Assembly (NCBI RefSeq): GCF_057098645.1
Contig: NZ_CM169472.1
Length of the DNA stretch: 64,000 nt
Strand: one strand, 5' to 3'
Below the pieces are notes generated by a model. That model worked only from the letters and a program-made list of their open reading frames with translations. It ran no database searches and was not told where the DNA came from. Shown one piece after another: positions 35,111-49,314 of the stretch (within the stretch, counting starts at the first letter, position 1; every line of letters starts with the position of its first letter). A program made the position numbers and the translations under genes.

Positions 35111-35221
35111 TGCTCTATAAACTCCGTACATCACTCAATGCAAGGAATCAGGCTACCGGCTGGATGTACGACCGTGTTTACGGAGCGCGATACGCCCCGG
35201 CCTGATTCTGAATACTTTTTA

Positions 35222-35710
35222 TTAAGCGCGTAACTTAACGTCGATCGCGTCTTGTGTGCGGGTGCGTGGCGCGTCGTGAGTATGCTGACGACCAGACACA
35301 TCCAGCACTTCCTGGTTATTAACCAGTTCGCCTAAAGTAATGTTGTTGAGAAAACCGGTGAGACGGTCGCTCAAATCACGCCACAGCGCGTGGGTCAGGC
35401 ATTTATCGCCGCCCTGACAGCCGCCTTTACCCTGACAACGGGTGGCATCTACAGATTCGTCAACGGCGCTAATCACTTCGCCAACGGCGATGCTGCTGGC
35501 ATCTTTGCCTAACAGATAACCACCGCCTGGTCCACGTACGCTGGAAACCAGACCATTTTTACGCAGACGGGAAAACAGTTGTTCCAGATAAGAAAGGGAA
35601 ATTCCCTGACGTTCGGAAATATCAGCCAACGGTACCGGGCCCGCTTCAGAGTTGAGCGCAACGTCAAGCATTGCGGTCACGGCATAGCGCCCTTTAGATG
35701 TCAGTCTCAT
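35222..35710 (-). CDS. iscR: Transcriptional regulator IscR (Rrf2 family)
   Basis: 162-aa [22 protein letters not shown]... Confidence 0.95.
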
Positions 35711-35739
35711 GTCTTACTTCACCTCAAACTCGCCCCTGC

Positions 35740-35845
35740 CCGGGGTTTTTTATTGTAAAAGTGGGGGTATTGCATAGCAGGGTCAAGTCTGACATTCCCG
35801 AGTAAATTGGTCAACTATTTACTTGACTGATTTAGTCGGGTATTT
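35740..35845 (-). promoter_or_regulatory. iscR promoter with IscR autoregulatory operator region
   Basis: Minus-strand sequence aaatacccgactaaatcagtcaagtaaatagttgaccaatttactcgggaatgtcag recalled as the IscR type-1 sites upstream of iscR; not measured here. Confidence 0.55.
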
Positions 35846-35884
35846 AACCTTCAGTGCCATTTTTTTATCGTGGCGTTTGTACCT

Positions 35885-36068
<184 letters not shown>

Positions 36069-36070
36069 TG

Positions 36071-36811
36071 TTATTCGGCCTTGTTACCTTTATTCTGCTG
36101 CTCAATAGAAGCCAGAATCCCGCGCAGGATATTCAACTCCTGGCTTTCCGGGCGCGCACGGGTAAACAGACGGCGCAATTTATTCATCACCTGCCCCGGA
36201 TGGTTTTCACGGATAAAACCGGTTGCCAGCAGCGTTTGTTCCAGATGACCATAAAAACGCTCCAGATCATCGACCAGCGGATACGGCGTCTCTTCATGCT
36301 CGACCTGCTCACCATTTTCCTGAGTTGCCAGCCAGGCCATACGCACTTCATAGGCAATAACCTGAACCGCCATCGCCAGGTTCAGCGAGCTGTATTCAGG
36401 GTTAGCGGCAATCGCGACATGATAATGACACTTCTGCAACTCTTCATTGGTCAGGCCGACACGTTCGCGACCAAACACCAGCGCCACCGGGGTATTTGCC
36501 GCTTCAGCGACGCTTTTCAGACCGCATTCGCGCGGGTCGAGCATCGGCCACGGCAGCGTGCGGGAACGTGCGCTGGTGCCCACCACCAGGCTACAACCGG
36601 CTAACGCTTCGTCGAGCGTATCGACGATGTGAGCATTACCAATCACATCGCTGGCCCCCGCCGCCAGGGCAATCGCCTGGGAGTCGGGTTTCACCAGTGG
36701 ATTAACCAGCCACAGATTGGTTAATCCCATTGTTTTCATGGCACGGGCAACAGAACCCATATTGCCGGTGTGTGACGTCTCCACCAGCACAATTCGAATA
36801 TTTTGCAGCAT
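36071..36811 (-). CDS. trmJ: tRNA (C/U32) 2'-O-methyltransferase TrmJ
   Basis: 246-aa SpoU-family ORF. Confidence 0.93.
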
Positions 36812-36929
36812 TGTCTTTCTTCGTCTAAAGATTATTCGCGCATCTTATCATAAAACGAAGACAGATGCCGATCTCGCTGCTATACTCTGCGCCGTTTTCC
36901 CGTTCTTTAACATCCAGTGAGAGAGACCG

Positions 36930-37733
36930 ATGCATCCGATGCTGAACATCGCCGTGCGCGCAGCGCGCAAGGCGGGTAATTTAATTGCCAAAAACTATGA
37001 AACCCCGGACGCTGTAGAAGCGAGCCAGAAAGGCAGTAACGATTTCGTGACCAACGTAGATAAAGCTGCCGAAGCGGTGATTATCGACACGATTCGTAAA
37101 TCTTACCCACAGCACACCATCATCACCGAAGAAAGCGGTGAACTTGAAGGTACTGATCAGGATGTTCAATGGGTTATCGATCCACTGGATGGCACTACCA
37201 ACTTTATCAAACGTCTGCCGCACTTCGCGGTATCTATCGCCGTTCGTATCAAAGGCCGCACCGAAGTTGCTGTGGTATACGATCCTATGCGTAACGAACT
37301 GTTCACCGCCACTCGCGGTCAGGGCGCACAGCTGAACGGCTACCGTCTGCGCGGCAGCACCGCTCGCGATCTCGACGGTACTATTCTGGCGACCGGCTTC
37401 CCGTTCAAAGCAAAACAGTACGCCACTACCTACATCAACATCGTCGGCAAACTGTTCAACGAATGTGCAGACTTCCGTCGTACCGGTTCTGCGGCGCTGG
37501 ATCTGGCTTACGTCGCTGCGGGTCGTGTTGACGGTTTCTTTGAAATCGGTCTGCGCCCGTGGGACTTCGCTGCAGGCGAGCTGCTGGTTCGTGAAGCGGG
37601 CGGCATCGTCAGCGACTTCACCGGTGGTCATAACTATATGCTGACCGGTAACATCGTTGCTGGTAACCCGCGTGTTGTTAAAGCCATGCTGGCGAACATG
37701 CGTGACGAGTTAAGCGACGCTCTGAAGCGTTAA
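36930..37733 (+). CDS. suhB: Inositol monophosphatase family protein SuhB
   Basis: 267-aa ORF; WVIDPLDGT motif. Confidence 0.95.
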   Translation: MHPMLNIAVRAARKAGNLIAKNYETPDAVEASQKGSNDFVTNVDKAAEAVIIDTIRKSYPQHTIITEESGELEGTDQDVQWVIDPLDGTTNFIKRLPHFAVSIAVRIKGRTEVAVVYDPMRNELFTATRGQGAQLNGYRLRGSTARDLDGTILATGFPFKAKQYATTYINIVGKLFNECADFRRTGSAALDLAYVAAGRVDGFFEIGLRPWDFAAGELLVREAGGIVSDFTGGHNYMLTGNIVAGNPRVVKAMLANMRDELSDALKR

Positions 37734-37740
37734 TGACTCA

Positions 37741-37764
37741 GGCGGGTGATATCACTCACCCGCC
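37741..37764 (+). terminator. Hairpin after suhB
   Basis: Perfect stem ggcgggtga/tcacccgcc 8 nt after the suhB stop; no strong T run. Confidence 0.45.
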
Positions 37765-37877
37765 CTCGCCTTTCAGGCGCTATTCCGAAATACTTCCTCA
37801 CCGCTTTACTTTCTTTCGTCACTCTCCCACCATCTTTCCCCGATTAATGGATGATAAAGAAGTCGCAAGGAAAGGTT

Positions 37878-38732
37878 ATGGCACTGCCAGTGAACAAACG
37901 CGTTCCCAAAATTCTGTTTATTCTCTTTGTTGTTGCCTTCTGCGTTTATTTAGTGCCGCGCGTTGCCATCAACTTCTTCTATTATCCTGACGATAAAATT
38001 TACGGTCCCGACCCCTGGTCGGCGGAATCCGTCGAATTTACGGCTAAGGACGGTACTCGTCTGCAAGGCTGGTTTATTCCTTCTTCGACGGGCCCTGCTG
38101 ACAACGCCATCGCAACCATCATTCATGCTCACGGCAATGCCGGAAATATGTCCGCCCACTGGCCGCTGGTCAGTTGGTTACCCGAGCGTAATTTCAACGT
38201 TTTTATGTTTGATTATCGCGGGTTTGGTAAATCAAAAGGCACGCCGTCCCAGGCCGGATTGCTGGACGATACGCAAAGCGCCATCAATGTGGTGCGCCAT
38301 CGCAGTGATGTAAACCCACAACGGCTGGTGCTGTTCGGGCAGAGTATTGGCGGGGCGAATATTCTTGCTGTTATTGGTCAGGGTGATCGTGAAGGCATAC
38401 GTGCGGTGATCCTCGACTCCACATTTGCCTCTTATGCAACCATCGCCAACCAGATGATCCCCGGCAGTGGCTACTTACTTGATGAGAGTTACAGCGGCGA
38501 AAATTATATCGCCAGCGTCAGCCCGATCCCGCTTTTACTCATTCACGGTAAAGCTGATCACGTTATCCCATGGCAGCACAGCGAAAAGTTGTATAGCCTG
38601 GCAAAAGAGCCAAAACGGTTGATCCTAATCCCGGATGGCGAACACATTGATGCTTTTTCCGATCGTCACGGCGATGTTTATCGCGAACAGATGGTGGACT
38701 TTATCCTTAGCGCGTTGAATCCGCAGAACTAA
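37878..38732 (+). CDS. yfhR: Membrane-anchored alpha/beta hydrolase YfhR (S9 peptidase-like)
   Basis: Trimmed to MALPVNKRVPK with SD aaggaaagg; GQSIGG nucleophile elbow. Confidence 0.88.
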   Translation: MALPVNKRVPKILFILFVVAFCVYLVPRVAINFFYYPDDKIYGPDPWSAESVEFTAKDGTRLQGWFIPSSTGPADNAIATIIHAHGNAGNMSAHWPLVSWLPERNFNVFMFDYRGFGKSKGTPSQAGLLDDTQSAINVVRHRSDVNPQRLVLFGQSIGGANILAVIGQGDREGIRAVILDSTFASYATIANQMIPGSGYLLDESYSGENYIASVSPIPLLLIHGKADHVIPWQHSEKLYSLAKEPKRLILIPDGEHIDAFSDRHGDVYREQMVDFILSALNPQN

Positions 38733-38922
38733 CCCATGATCGCTAGCACGATAATCATTCACAAAACCACCTTAAGACATGCTAATCCACTGATCAGAAC
38801 AGTTTAAGATGAGAAAAATTCTGTGACGCTTGCCAACATTTCTGATGATTAGCATTCCCTTCGCCATTTCCCTGAGCAAACTTTAGCTATTCTTATCAAT
38901 TATGCTTATGGGAGATCTACAG

Positions 38923-40203
38923 ATGATGCCTACGCTTGCTCCACCATCTGTCCTTTCGGCTCCCCAGCGCCGCTGCCAGATCTTGCTGACGCTCTTTCAG
39001 CCGGGGTTGACCGCCACCATGGCAACCTTCAGCGAGCTTAATGGTGTGGATGATGATATTGCCAGTCTTGATATCAGCGAAACAGGACGGGAGATCCTGC
39101 GCTATCATCAACTCACACTGACGACTGGTTATGACGGTAGCTACCGGGTTGAAGGTACAGTGCTTAACCAACGTTTGTGTTTATTTCACTGGCTACGACG
39201 TGGTTTCCGTCTGTGTCCGTCATTTATTACCAGCCAATTCACCCCCGCCCTGAAGAGTGAACTGAAGCGGCGCGGAATTGCGCGTAACTTTTACGACGAT
39301 ACCAATCTACAAGCGTTAGTGAATCTCTGCTCCCGACGGCTGCAAAAACGCTTTGAATCGCGCGATATTCATTTCCTGTGTCTGTATCTGCAATATTGTT
39401 TGCTGCAGCACCACGCTGGAATTACGCCTCAGTTTAATCCGCTCCAACGTCGCTGGGCGGAATCCTGCCTTGAATTTCAGGTAGCACAGGAAATTGGACG
39501 CCACTGGCAGCGTCGGGCGCTCCAGCCTGTACCACCTGATGAGCCACTGTTTATGGCACTACTTTTTTCCATGTTGCGGGTTCCCGATCCATTGCGGGAT
39601 GCGCATCAGCGGGACAGACAATTGCGTCAGTCTATCAAACGTCTGGTAAACCATTTTCGTGAGCTGGGAAATGTTCGTTTTTATGATGAACAGGGGTTAT
39701 GTGATCAGCTTTATACCCACCTCGCCCAGGCGTTAAATCGCAGTTTGTTTGCCATCGGTATTGATAATACCCTACCGGAAGAGTTCGCCAGACTGTATCC
39801 ACGCCTGGTACGCACCACCCGCGCGGCGCTGGCCGGATTTGAAAGTGAATACGGCGTCCATCTTTCTGATGAGGAAAGTGGTCTGGTCGCGGTGATTTTC
39901 GGTGCCTGGCTAATGCAGGAAAACGATCTGCATGAAAAACAGATTATTCTACTGACCGGGAATGATAGCGAGCGAGAAGCGCAGATTGAGCAGCAGTTAC
40001 GCGAACTAACGTTACTGCCGCTCAACATTAAACATATGTCGGTAAAGGCATTTTTGCAGACAGGCGCTCCGCGTGGCGCGGCACTGATTATTGCTCCTTA
40101 TACCATGCCGTTACCGCTCTTTTCACCACCGCTGATCTATACGGACCTGACACTGACAACACATCAACAGGAGCAGATCCGCAAAATGCTCGAATCAGCA
40201 TGA
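38923..40203 (+). CDS. csiE: Stationary-phase inducible protein CsiE
   Basis: Trimmed to MMPTLAPPSVL with SD ggaga; 426 aa. Confidence 0.88.
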   Translation: MMPTLAPPSVLSAPQRRCQILLTLFQPGLTATMATFSELNGVDDDIASLDISETGREILRYHQLTLTTGYDGSYRVEGTVLNQRLCLFHWLRRGFRLCPSFITSQFTPALKSELKRRGIARNFYDDTNLQALVNLCSRRLQKRFESRDIHFLCLYLQYCLLQHHAGITPQFNPLQRRWAESCLEFQVAQEIGRHWQRRALQPVPPDEPLFMALLFSMLRVPDPLRDAHQRDRQLRQSIKRLVNHFRELGNVRFYDEQGLCDQLYTHLAQALNRSLFAIGIDNTLPEEFARLYPRLVRTTRAALAGFESEYGVHLSDEESGLVAVIFGAWLMQENDLHEKQIILLTGNDSEREAQIEQQLRELTLLPLNIKHMSVKAFLQTGAPRGAALIIAPYTMPLPLFSPPLIYTDLTLTTHQQEQIRKMLESA

Positions 40204-41334
40204 GGGAACAACTTTCGGGCGCAAAAACATTGCCGGAAGCGCCACCAGCGCCATCACCCAGAACACGCCGTGGCCCAGATATTGATACAGGAAACCGGCG
40301 AAAACGGTCATGATAGCGATACTGCCGCCCATCGCGACGGCAGAGTAAACCGCCTGTAAACGGATGACTTCGCTACCCTGGCGAGCGGCAATATAGCGCA
40401 TGGCGGCCAGGTGGCAGACCGTGAAGGTGCCGCAATGCAGAATTTGCACCACTATCAACCACGGCAACGCCGTAGTTGCTCCCATAATGCCCCAGCGCAC
40501 TACGCCGCAAATCGCCGAGATCAACAGCATATCGCGTGCACTACAACGGCGGAAAAGTTTATTACTCAGTGCAAAGATAATGACTTCCGCCACCACGCCC
40601 AGCGACCACAAATACCCCACCGCCGAGGCCGAGTAGCCAGCTGCCTGCCAGTAAATGGCGCTAAAACCGTAATAGGCTGCATGCGCCCCCTGCAATAAAC
40701 AAACGCAGGCCAGAAAGCGCCAGTTCTGGCGAACCAGCGCCAACCACGCTGACCAACCGGTGCTCTCCTGTTGGCGGCTTGCCCCTTGTGGCTGAATCGT
40801 CGGACGGATGAGAAAGCCGAGCAGCATGGATGCCACGCCCAACGTCAACAGCACGAGGATCACCCGATAATCAAACATAGTGACCAGTTTGCCCGTCAGC
40901 GCCGAGCCAATGACAAACGCCACCGAGCCCCACAGTCGCACTTTGCCGTAATCAAGCGGGAACTGCTTTTGCCACGTATTCGCCAGTGCATCGGTCAACG
41001 GTACCAGCGGTGAGAAAAAGAGGTTAAAGCCAATCATCACCAGCATCAGCCACGCTACGTGCGCCCCCGCCCAGAAGGCGACAGCAAAGAGAAGTGTCAG
41101 CAGTGCCAGCACGCGCAAGGCGGAAATCAGGCGAGAAGGATCGCTGACGCGGGGCGCGATGAGCAAACTCCCGAGAAAACGGGCAACCAGACCTGCCCCC
41201 AATAACAGGCCGATGGTTTCTGGCGTTAAACCAATCCCTTTAAGCCAGACGCTCCAGAAAGGTAGAAAAATGCCGTAACTAAAAAAGTATGTGAAATAGC
41301 CGAGCGCCAACCAGCGCGTGGATTGCAAAACCAT
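40195..41334 (-). CDS. hcaT: MFS transporter HcaT (putative 3-phenylpropionate transporter)
   Basis: 379-aa polytopic membrane ORF; 3' end overlaps csiE 3' end by 9 nt. Confidence 0.9.
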   Translation of the reverse strand: MVLQSTRWLALGYFTYFFSYGIFLPFWSVWLKGIGLTPETIGLLLGAGLVARFLGSLLIAPRVSDPSRLISALRVLALLTLLFAVAFWAGAHVAWLMLVMIGFNLFFSPLVPLTDALANTWQKQFPLDYGKVRLWGSVAFVIGSALTGKLVTMFDYRVILVLLTLGVASMLLGFLIRPTIQPQGASRQQESTGWSAWLALVRQNWRFLACVCLLQGAHAAYYGFSAIYWQAAGYSASAVGYLWSLGVVAEVIIFALSNKLFRRCSARDMLLISAICGVVRWGIMGATTALPWLIVVQILHCGTFTVCHLAAMRYIAARQGSEVIRLQAVYSAVAMGGSIAIMTVFAGFLYQYLGHGVFWVMALVALPAMFLRPKVVPSC

Positions 41335-41493
41335 GAGTCCCTCCCGTCAGGAGGCGTTAGTCTGGAGTTAATCGAATGTTGGTGCAAGTTGAAAAATAAG
41401 AATATTCGAGCCTGCTTCCCGATGTCTGTAACGCCAGTTCACAAGCACTCAAAAACTGCGATCCGTGACGCATGTTGCAAAGATAATGCGTAA

Positions 41494-42384
41494 TTATGCC
41501 GTTACGCTTGCCAAACGTTCCTGCACAATGGCGATGAAATCGCGTAATGCCGGCTTCATCTCCCCTTTCTTCCACGCCATCAGTAAAGCAATGGAAGGCA
41601 CATTTCCGGCAATGGGACGAAAAACAACCTGCCCTGTATTAAAATTATTCATATAACCGGGTATCAAAGTGACGCCCAGCCCCATGCCCACCAGATTCAT
41701 GGTCACCAGAATATTCGTTGCCACCTGGACGATATTTGGCTGGCTGTTTTCTTGTGCAAACCACGCTTTAACGATCGGCGCAAGCGAACCGGAATACGCC
41801 GGATCGGTACTGACGAAATTCACGCCATCCAGTTGCGCGGCGGTGATCTCTTTTTCATGTGCTAAAGGGTGATCAACCGGTAACACCACCACTAATGGTT
41901 CGTCAAAAAGCTCCAGATAATCAATCTCCGGGCTATAAACAGGATGGCGCATTAAGCCGACGTCGAGTTCACCACGGCGAATTTTTTCCTCCTGTTGCGT
42001 GGTGATTAAACTCACCAGCTCAATCAAGGTGTCTGGCTGTCTGAGACGAAACATCGGTAATACTTTTGGCAGTAAATTCACTTCCGCCGATGGCACAAAG
42101 CCAATGGTTAATTGTCTGTCTTCCTGAACAATTTTCCGCGCCCGTAATTTGGCATTTTCCGCTTGTTCGAGGATTGCCAGCGCGTCCTGGAGAAAACATT
42201 CTCCCGCCGCCGTCAACGCGACTTTGCGCTTATCCCTCACCAGTAACGGAACACCGACACAGTTTTCAAGATCGCGGATCTGGCTGCTTAACGAAGGCTG
42301 TGAGGTATGCAGTTTTTCCGCCGCACGGGTAAAGTTCAGTGCCTGCGCCACTGCGACGAAATAGCGTAAATGCCGTAGTTCCAT
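41494..42384 (-). CDS. hcaR: LysR-type regulator HcaR
   Basis: Trimmed to MELRHLRYFVAV; 296 aa; divergent from hcaE. Confidence 0.92.
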   Translation of the reverse strand: MELRHLRYFVAVAQALNFTRAAEKLHTSQPSLSSQIRDLENCVGVPLLVRDKRKVALTAAGECFLQDALAILEQAENAKLRARKIVQEDRQLTIGFVPSAEVNLLPKVLPMFRLRQPDTLIELVSLITTQQEEKIRRGELDVGLMRHPVYSPEIDYLELFDEPLVVVLPVDHPLAHEKEITAAQLDGVNFVSTDPAYSGSLAPIVKAWFAQENSQPNIVQVATNILVTMNLVGMGLGVTLIPGYMNNFNTGQVVFRPIAGNVPSIALLMAWKKGEMKPALRDFIAIVQERLASVTA

Positions 42385-42483
42385 CACCTTCCCCTTGTTA
42401 TCGAAAAAACGTCTCAGCTGGTAGAAATTAACTATTTCACATATTAGCAACCAACCAGCAACATCCTTATGGCACAAAAATAG

Positions 42484-44395
<1,912 letters not shown>

Positions 44396-44396
<1 letters not shown>

Positions 44397-44716
44397 TGAA
44401 TCGAATTTATGCGTGTCCCGTTGCGGATGTGCCGGAGGGTGAGGCTCTCCGGATCGATACCTCGCCCGTCATCGCCCTGTTCAACGTTGGCGGCGAGTTT
44501 TATGCCATTAACGATCGTTGCAGCCATGGTAATGCGTCGATGTCAGAAGGGTATCTGGAAGATGACGCCACGGTGGAGTGCCCGCTACACGCCGCCAGTT
44601 TTTGCCTGAAAACGGGGAAAGCGTTATGCCTGCCCGCCACCGATCCGCTCACCACTTATCCAGTACACGTTGAAGGTGGTGACATTTTCATCGACTTACC
44701 GGAGGCGCAGCCATGA
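44396..44716 (+). CDS. hcaC: Rieske ferredoxin component
   Basis: 106-aa ORF CSHGNA...CPLHAASF. Confidence 0.93.
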
Positions 44717-45525
44717 GCGATCTGCATAACGAGTCCATTTTTATTACCGGCGGCGGATCGGGATTAGGGCTGGCGCTGGTCGAGCGATTTATCGAAGAAG
44801 GCGCGCAGGTTGCCACGCTGGAACTGTCGGCGGCAAAAGTCGCCAGTCTGCGTCAGCGATTTGGCGAACATATTCTGGCGGTGGAAGGTAACGTGACCTG
44901 TTATGCCGATTATCAACGCGCGGTCGATCAGATCCTGACTCGTTCCGGCAAGCTGGATTGTTTTATCGGCAATGCGGGCATCTGGGATCACAATGCCTCA
45001 CTGGTTAATACTCCCGCAGAGAGGCTGGAAACCGGCTTCCACGAGCTGTTTAACGTCAACGTACTCGGTTACCTGCTGGGCGCAAAAGCCTGCGCTCCGG
45101 CGTTAATCGCCAGTGAAGGCAGCATGATTTTCACACTGTCAAATGCCGCCTGGTATCCTGGCGGCGGTGGCCCGCTGTACACCGCCAGTAAACATGCCGC
45201 AACCGGGCTTATTCGCCAACTGGCTTATGAACTGGCTCCGAAAGTGCGGGTGAATGGCGTCGGCCCGTGTGGTATGGACAGCGACCTGCGCGGCCCACAG
45301 GCGCTCGGGCAAAGTGAAACCTCGATAATGCAGTCTCTGACGCCGGAGAAAATTGCCGCCATTTTACCGCTGCAATTTTTCCCGCAACCGGCGGATTTTA
45401 CGGGTCCGTATGTGATGTTGGCATCGCGGCGCAATAATCGCGCATTAAGCGGGGTGATGATCAACGCTGATGCGGGTTTAGCGATTCGCGGCATTCGCCA
45501 CGTAGCGGCTGGGCTGGATCTTTAA
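44713..45525 (+). CDS. hcaB: cis-dihydrodiol dehydrogenase (SDR family)
   Basis: 270-aa [11 protein letters not shown] Rossmann motif. Confidence 0.93.
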   Translation: MSDLHNESIFITGGGSGLGLALVERFIEEGAQVATLELSAAKVASLRQRFGEHILAVEGNVTCYADYQRAVDQILTRSGKLDCFIGNAGIWDHNASLVNTPAERLETGFHELFNVNVLGYLLGAKACAPALIASEGSMIFTLSNAAWYPGGGGPLYTASKHAATGLIRQLAYELAPKVRVNGVGPCGMDSDLRGPQALGQSETSIMQSLTPEKIAAILPLQFFPQPADFTGPYVMLASRRNNRALSGVMINADAGLAIRGIRHVAAGLDL

Positions 45526-46737
<1,212 letters not shown>

Positions 46738-46833
46738 CCAGGATAATTAGCGAATATCTCAACGCCTGGGGCGTGGCGAGGTACCAGAGTGTGTATTACG
46801 TTTAAATCACATTATCTTGCAAAGGGATTGGTT

Positions 46834-47256
46834 ATGAACTCACTACGTTATTTTGATTTTGGTGCTGCCCGCCCCGTTTTGTTATTAATTGCCCGTATCG
46901 CCGTGGTCCTAATTTTCATTATTTTTGGTTTTCCCAAAATGATGGGCTTTGACGGTACGGTCCAATATATGGCCTCGCTGGGCGCACCGATGCCGATGCT
47001 GGCAGCGATTATTGCGGTAGTTATGGAAGTGCCCGCCGCGATATTAATCGTGCTTGGCTTTTTCACCCGTCCGCTGGCGGTACTGTTTATTTTCTACACG
47101 CTGGGTACGGCGGTGATTGGTCACCATTACTGGGATATGACCGGCGATGCCGTCGGGCCAAATATGATTAATTTCTGGAAGAATGTCAGTATCGCTGGCG
47201 CGTTCTTGCTATTGGCAATTACCGGGCCGGGGGCAATTTCTCTCGATCGCCGTTAG
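46834..47256 (+). CDS. yphA: DoxX-family inner membrane protein YphA
   Basis: Trimmed to MNSLRYFDF with SD aggga; 140 aa. Confidence 0.85.
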   Translation: MNSLRYFDFGAARPVLLLIARIAVVLIFIIFGFPKMMGFDGTVQYMASLGAPMPMLAAIIAVVMEVPAAILIVLGFFTRPLAVLFIFYTLGTAVIGHHYWDMTGDAVGPNMINFWKNVSIAGAFLLLAITGPGAISLDRR

Positions 47257-47260
47257 GAAA

Positions 47261-47295
47261 GATGCCGGATGCGGCGTGAACGCCTTATCCGGCAT
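47261..47295. repeat. REP element between convergent yphA and yphB
   Basis: gatgccggatgcggcgtgaacgccttatccggcat. Confidence 0.7.
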
Positions 47296-47303
47296 TTTAT
47301 TAA

Positions 47304-48176
47304 TTACAGCCACTCTACCCGCAACGACATCTCTGAGGTTGTTGATTCCCCCGGCGCAAGCGCAATGAGGTCCCCCCCTTCCGGGCGATGATGGTCATCT
47401 GGCGCATGGCTCATCGGTTCCAGACAGAAGAAATCAAACGCATATCCTTTATCAAACGCCGGGTCGGAAACAAAGATGAAATAACACGGTGCAGGTGGCG
47501 TCGTTTCCATGATGATGGCATAACCCCCCTGCGGCTGCTCGATGCGGGCCTGACCATTCCATCCGGCAAAACCATTGTTTACCCACTGGCGCGGCAACGG
47601 CGCGAGCTGGTTAAAATCCAATTCTTGCGGTAGCTGCTCGCAAAAATCACCCGCCAGCCACTGCTCCCGCTCCAGCCAGTAACCGCTCGCCTGTGCCTGA
47701 ATCCGTGTTTGTGGTGACAACGGAAAATAAGGATGCCAGCCGGTACCAAATGGCAGCGTCTCTGCCCCTTGATTGGTGACAGAGAGCATCACCGTCAGCG
47801 TATCCGCCGTTAAATGAAACGCCTGGCTTACCCGATAGTGATAAACACCGCTGCGATGTTCATACACCAGACACAAGCTATCATCACTGCGCGAGACACA
47901 TTGCCACTGCCCCAGCCAGCCATCGCCGTGCAGATAGTGCGCATCCCATTCAACATTCGGTTGCAGTTGATACTCACGCCCCTGCCAGACAAAATGGTTG
48001 CCGCTCACCCGGTTTGCAAATGGCACCAGCGGAAAACAGGAGGCATCGGTTGCCACACCGCTTTTTTTACCAGGACGTAAGAGCGGCGTCGTATCGCGCC
48101 AGAAGCCTTCGATTACGCCGCCCTGGTCAGAAACGCCCAGCTTTAGCGACCCGTGGGATAAGGTATAGATGGTCAT
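47304..48176 (-). CDS. yphB: Aldose 1-epimerase (mutarotase) family protein YphB
   Basis: 290-aa ORF. Confidence 0.88.
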   Translation of the reverse strand: MTIYTLSHGSLKLGVSDQGGVIEGFWRDTTPLLRPGKKSGVATDASCFPLVPFANRVSGNHFVWQGREYQLQPNVEWDAHYLHGDGWLGQWQCVSRSDDSLCLVYEHRSGVYHYRVSQAFHLTADTLTVMLSVTNQGAETLPFGTGWHPYFPLSPQTRIQAQASGYWLEREQWLAGDFCEQLPQELDFNQLAPLPRQWVNNGFAGWNGQARIEQPQGGYAIIMETTPPAPCYFIFVSDPAFDKGYAFDFFCLEPMSHAPDDHHRPEGGDLIALAPGESTTSEMSLRVEWL

Positions 48177-48187
48177 CCGCTAACTCC

Positions 48188-49249
48188 TTAATCCGGGAAG
48201 TTAATCACAACTTTCCCGCATTTGCCGCTCGCCATCAGCGCATAGGCATCACCTGCCTGTTCCAGCGAGAAGCGATGAGTAATGGCGTTACGCGGCCACA
48301 GCTTCCAGTCAGTCAAATCGTGGGCGCATTTTTCCATATGGAACAGACTGGTCACCCAGGAGCCGATAATCCGCCGTTGATGGTGCATCAGATCGGCGCT
48401 GACCTCGAACTCCACTTTTCCGGTTTCACCAATGTAAACCACCCGCCCCCAGTCAGCAGTGGATTGCAGTGCCAGCAAGCGACCTGCGGCATTACCTGAA
48501 CAATCAAGAGCAACATCCGCGCCACCGTGGGTAAGTTCAGCAATTATCTGCGGCAGACCTTCGGTGGTCGCTAAATAACCGTGATCCATCACCCCTAACT
48601 GTTTTGCCATCGCCAGACGTTCCGGCAGCATATCAACGCCGATGATCCGTTTTGCACCGCGACCTTTCGCCAGCATCATCGCCATCATGCCGACCGGCCC
48701 CAGACCGACCACCAGCACGTTATCGCTGCCGGAAACTTCGCCGAGCAAAATCCCTTCATAGGCCGTGCCAACGCCGCAACTGATAAACGCACCATCTTCG
48801 TAGCTCAGCGCATCCGGCAGGAGGATCAGATCTTTTTCTTCCGCCAGCAGATATTCGGCATGACCGCCGTCACGCTGCCAGCCGTAAGCCGCTTTTCCTT
48901 TGCCAGTACAAGAGATAGGAAAGCCGCGGCGGCAGTTCGGGCAAAAACCACAGCCAGAAATGTGATACACCAGCACGCGATCACCCTCTTTAAAATGGCG
49001 ACAGCCTTGCCCCATCGCCACAATTTGCCCGCACGGCTCATGACCGTTGATAAAGCCCTGGTATAACGGTTTATCGGGCGCCGCCGCCGTGGCGCGGTGT
49101 TGATGGTAGATATAGTGGACATCGCTTCCGCAAATCCCGGAGGATTTCATTTTGATCAGTACCTGGTTAATCCCCGGCGTCGGCACCGCAACTTCCCGCA
49201 GATCGACGGTCGAATTTCCTGGTAAATAAGCTGCCAGCATCGTTTTCAT
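48188..49249 (-). CDS. yphC: Zn-dependent alcohol/polyol dehydrogenase YphC
   Basis: Trimmed to MKTMLAAY with SD gaggga; 353 aa; GHEPCG zinc motif. Confidence 0.9.
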   Translation of the reverse strand: MKTMLAAYLPGNSTVDLREVAVPTPGINQVLIKMKSSGICGSDVHYIYHQHRATAAAPDKPLYQGFINGHEPCGQIVAMGQGCRHFKEGDRVLVYHISGCGFCPNCRRGFPISCTGKGKAAYGWQRDGGHAEYLLAEEKDLILLPDALSYEDGAFISCGVGTAYEGILLGEVSGSDNVLVVGLGPVGMMAMMLAKGRGAKRIIGVDMLPERLAMAKQLGVMDHGYLATTEGLPQIIAELTHGGADVALDCSGNAAGRLLALQSTADWGRVVYIGETGKVEFEVSADLMHHQRRIIGSWVTSLFHMEKCAHDLTDWKLWPRNAITHRFSLEQAGDAYALMASGKCGKVVINFPD

Positions 49250-49314
49250 AAATCCCTCATTAACAATACGATTAATTTTCATCCCTGCCGCACCCGCGCC
49301 AGGGGCGTTAAGGT

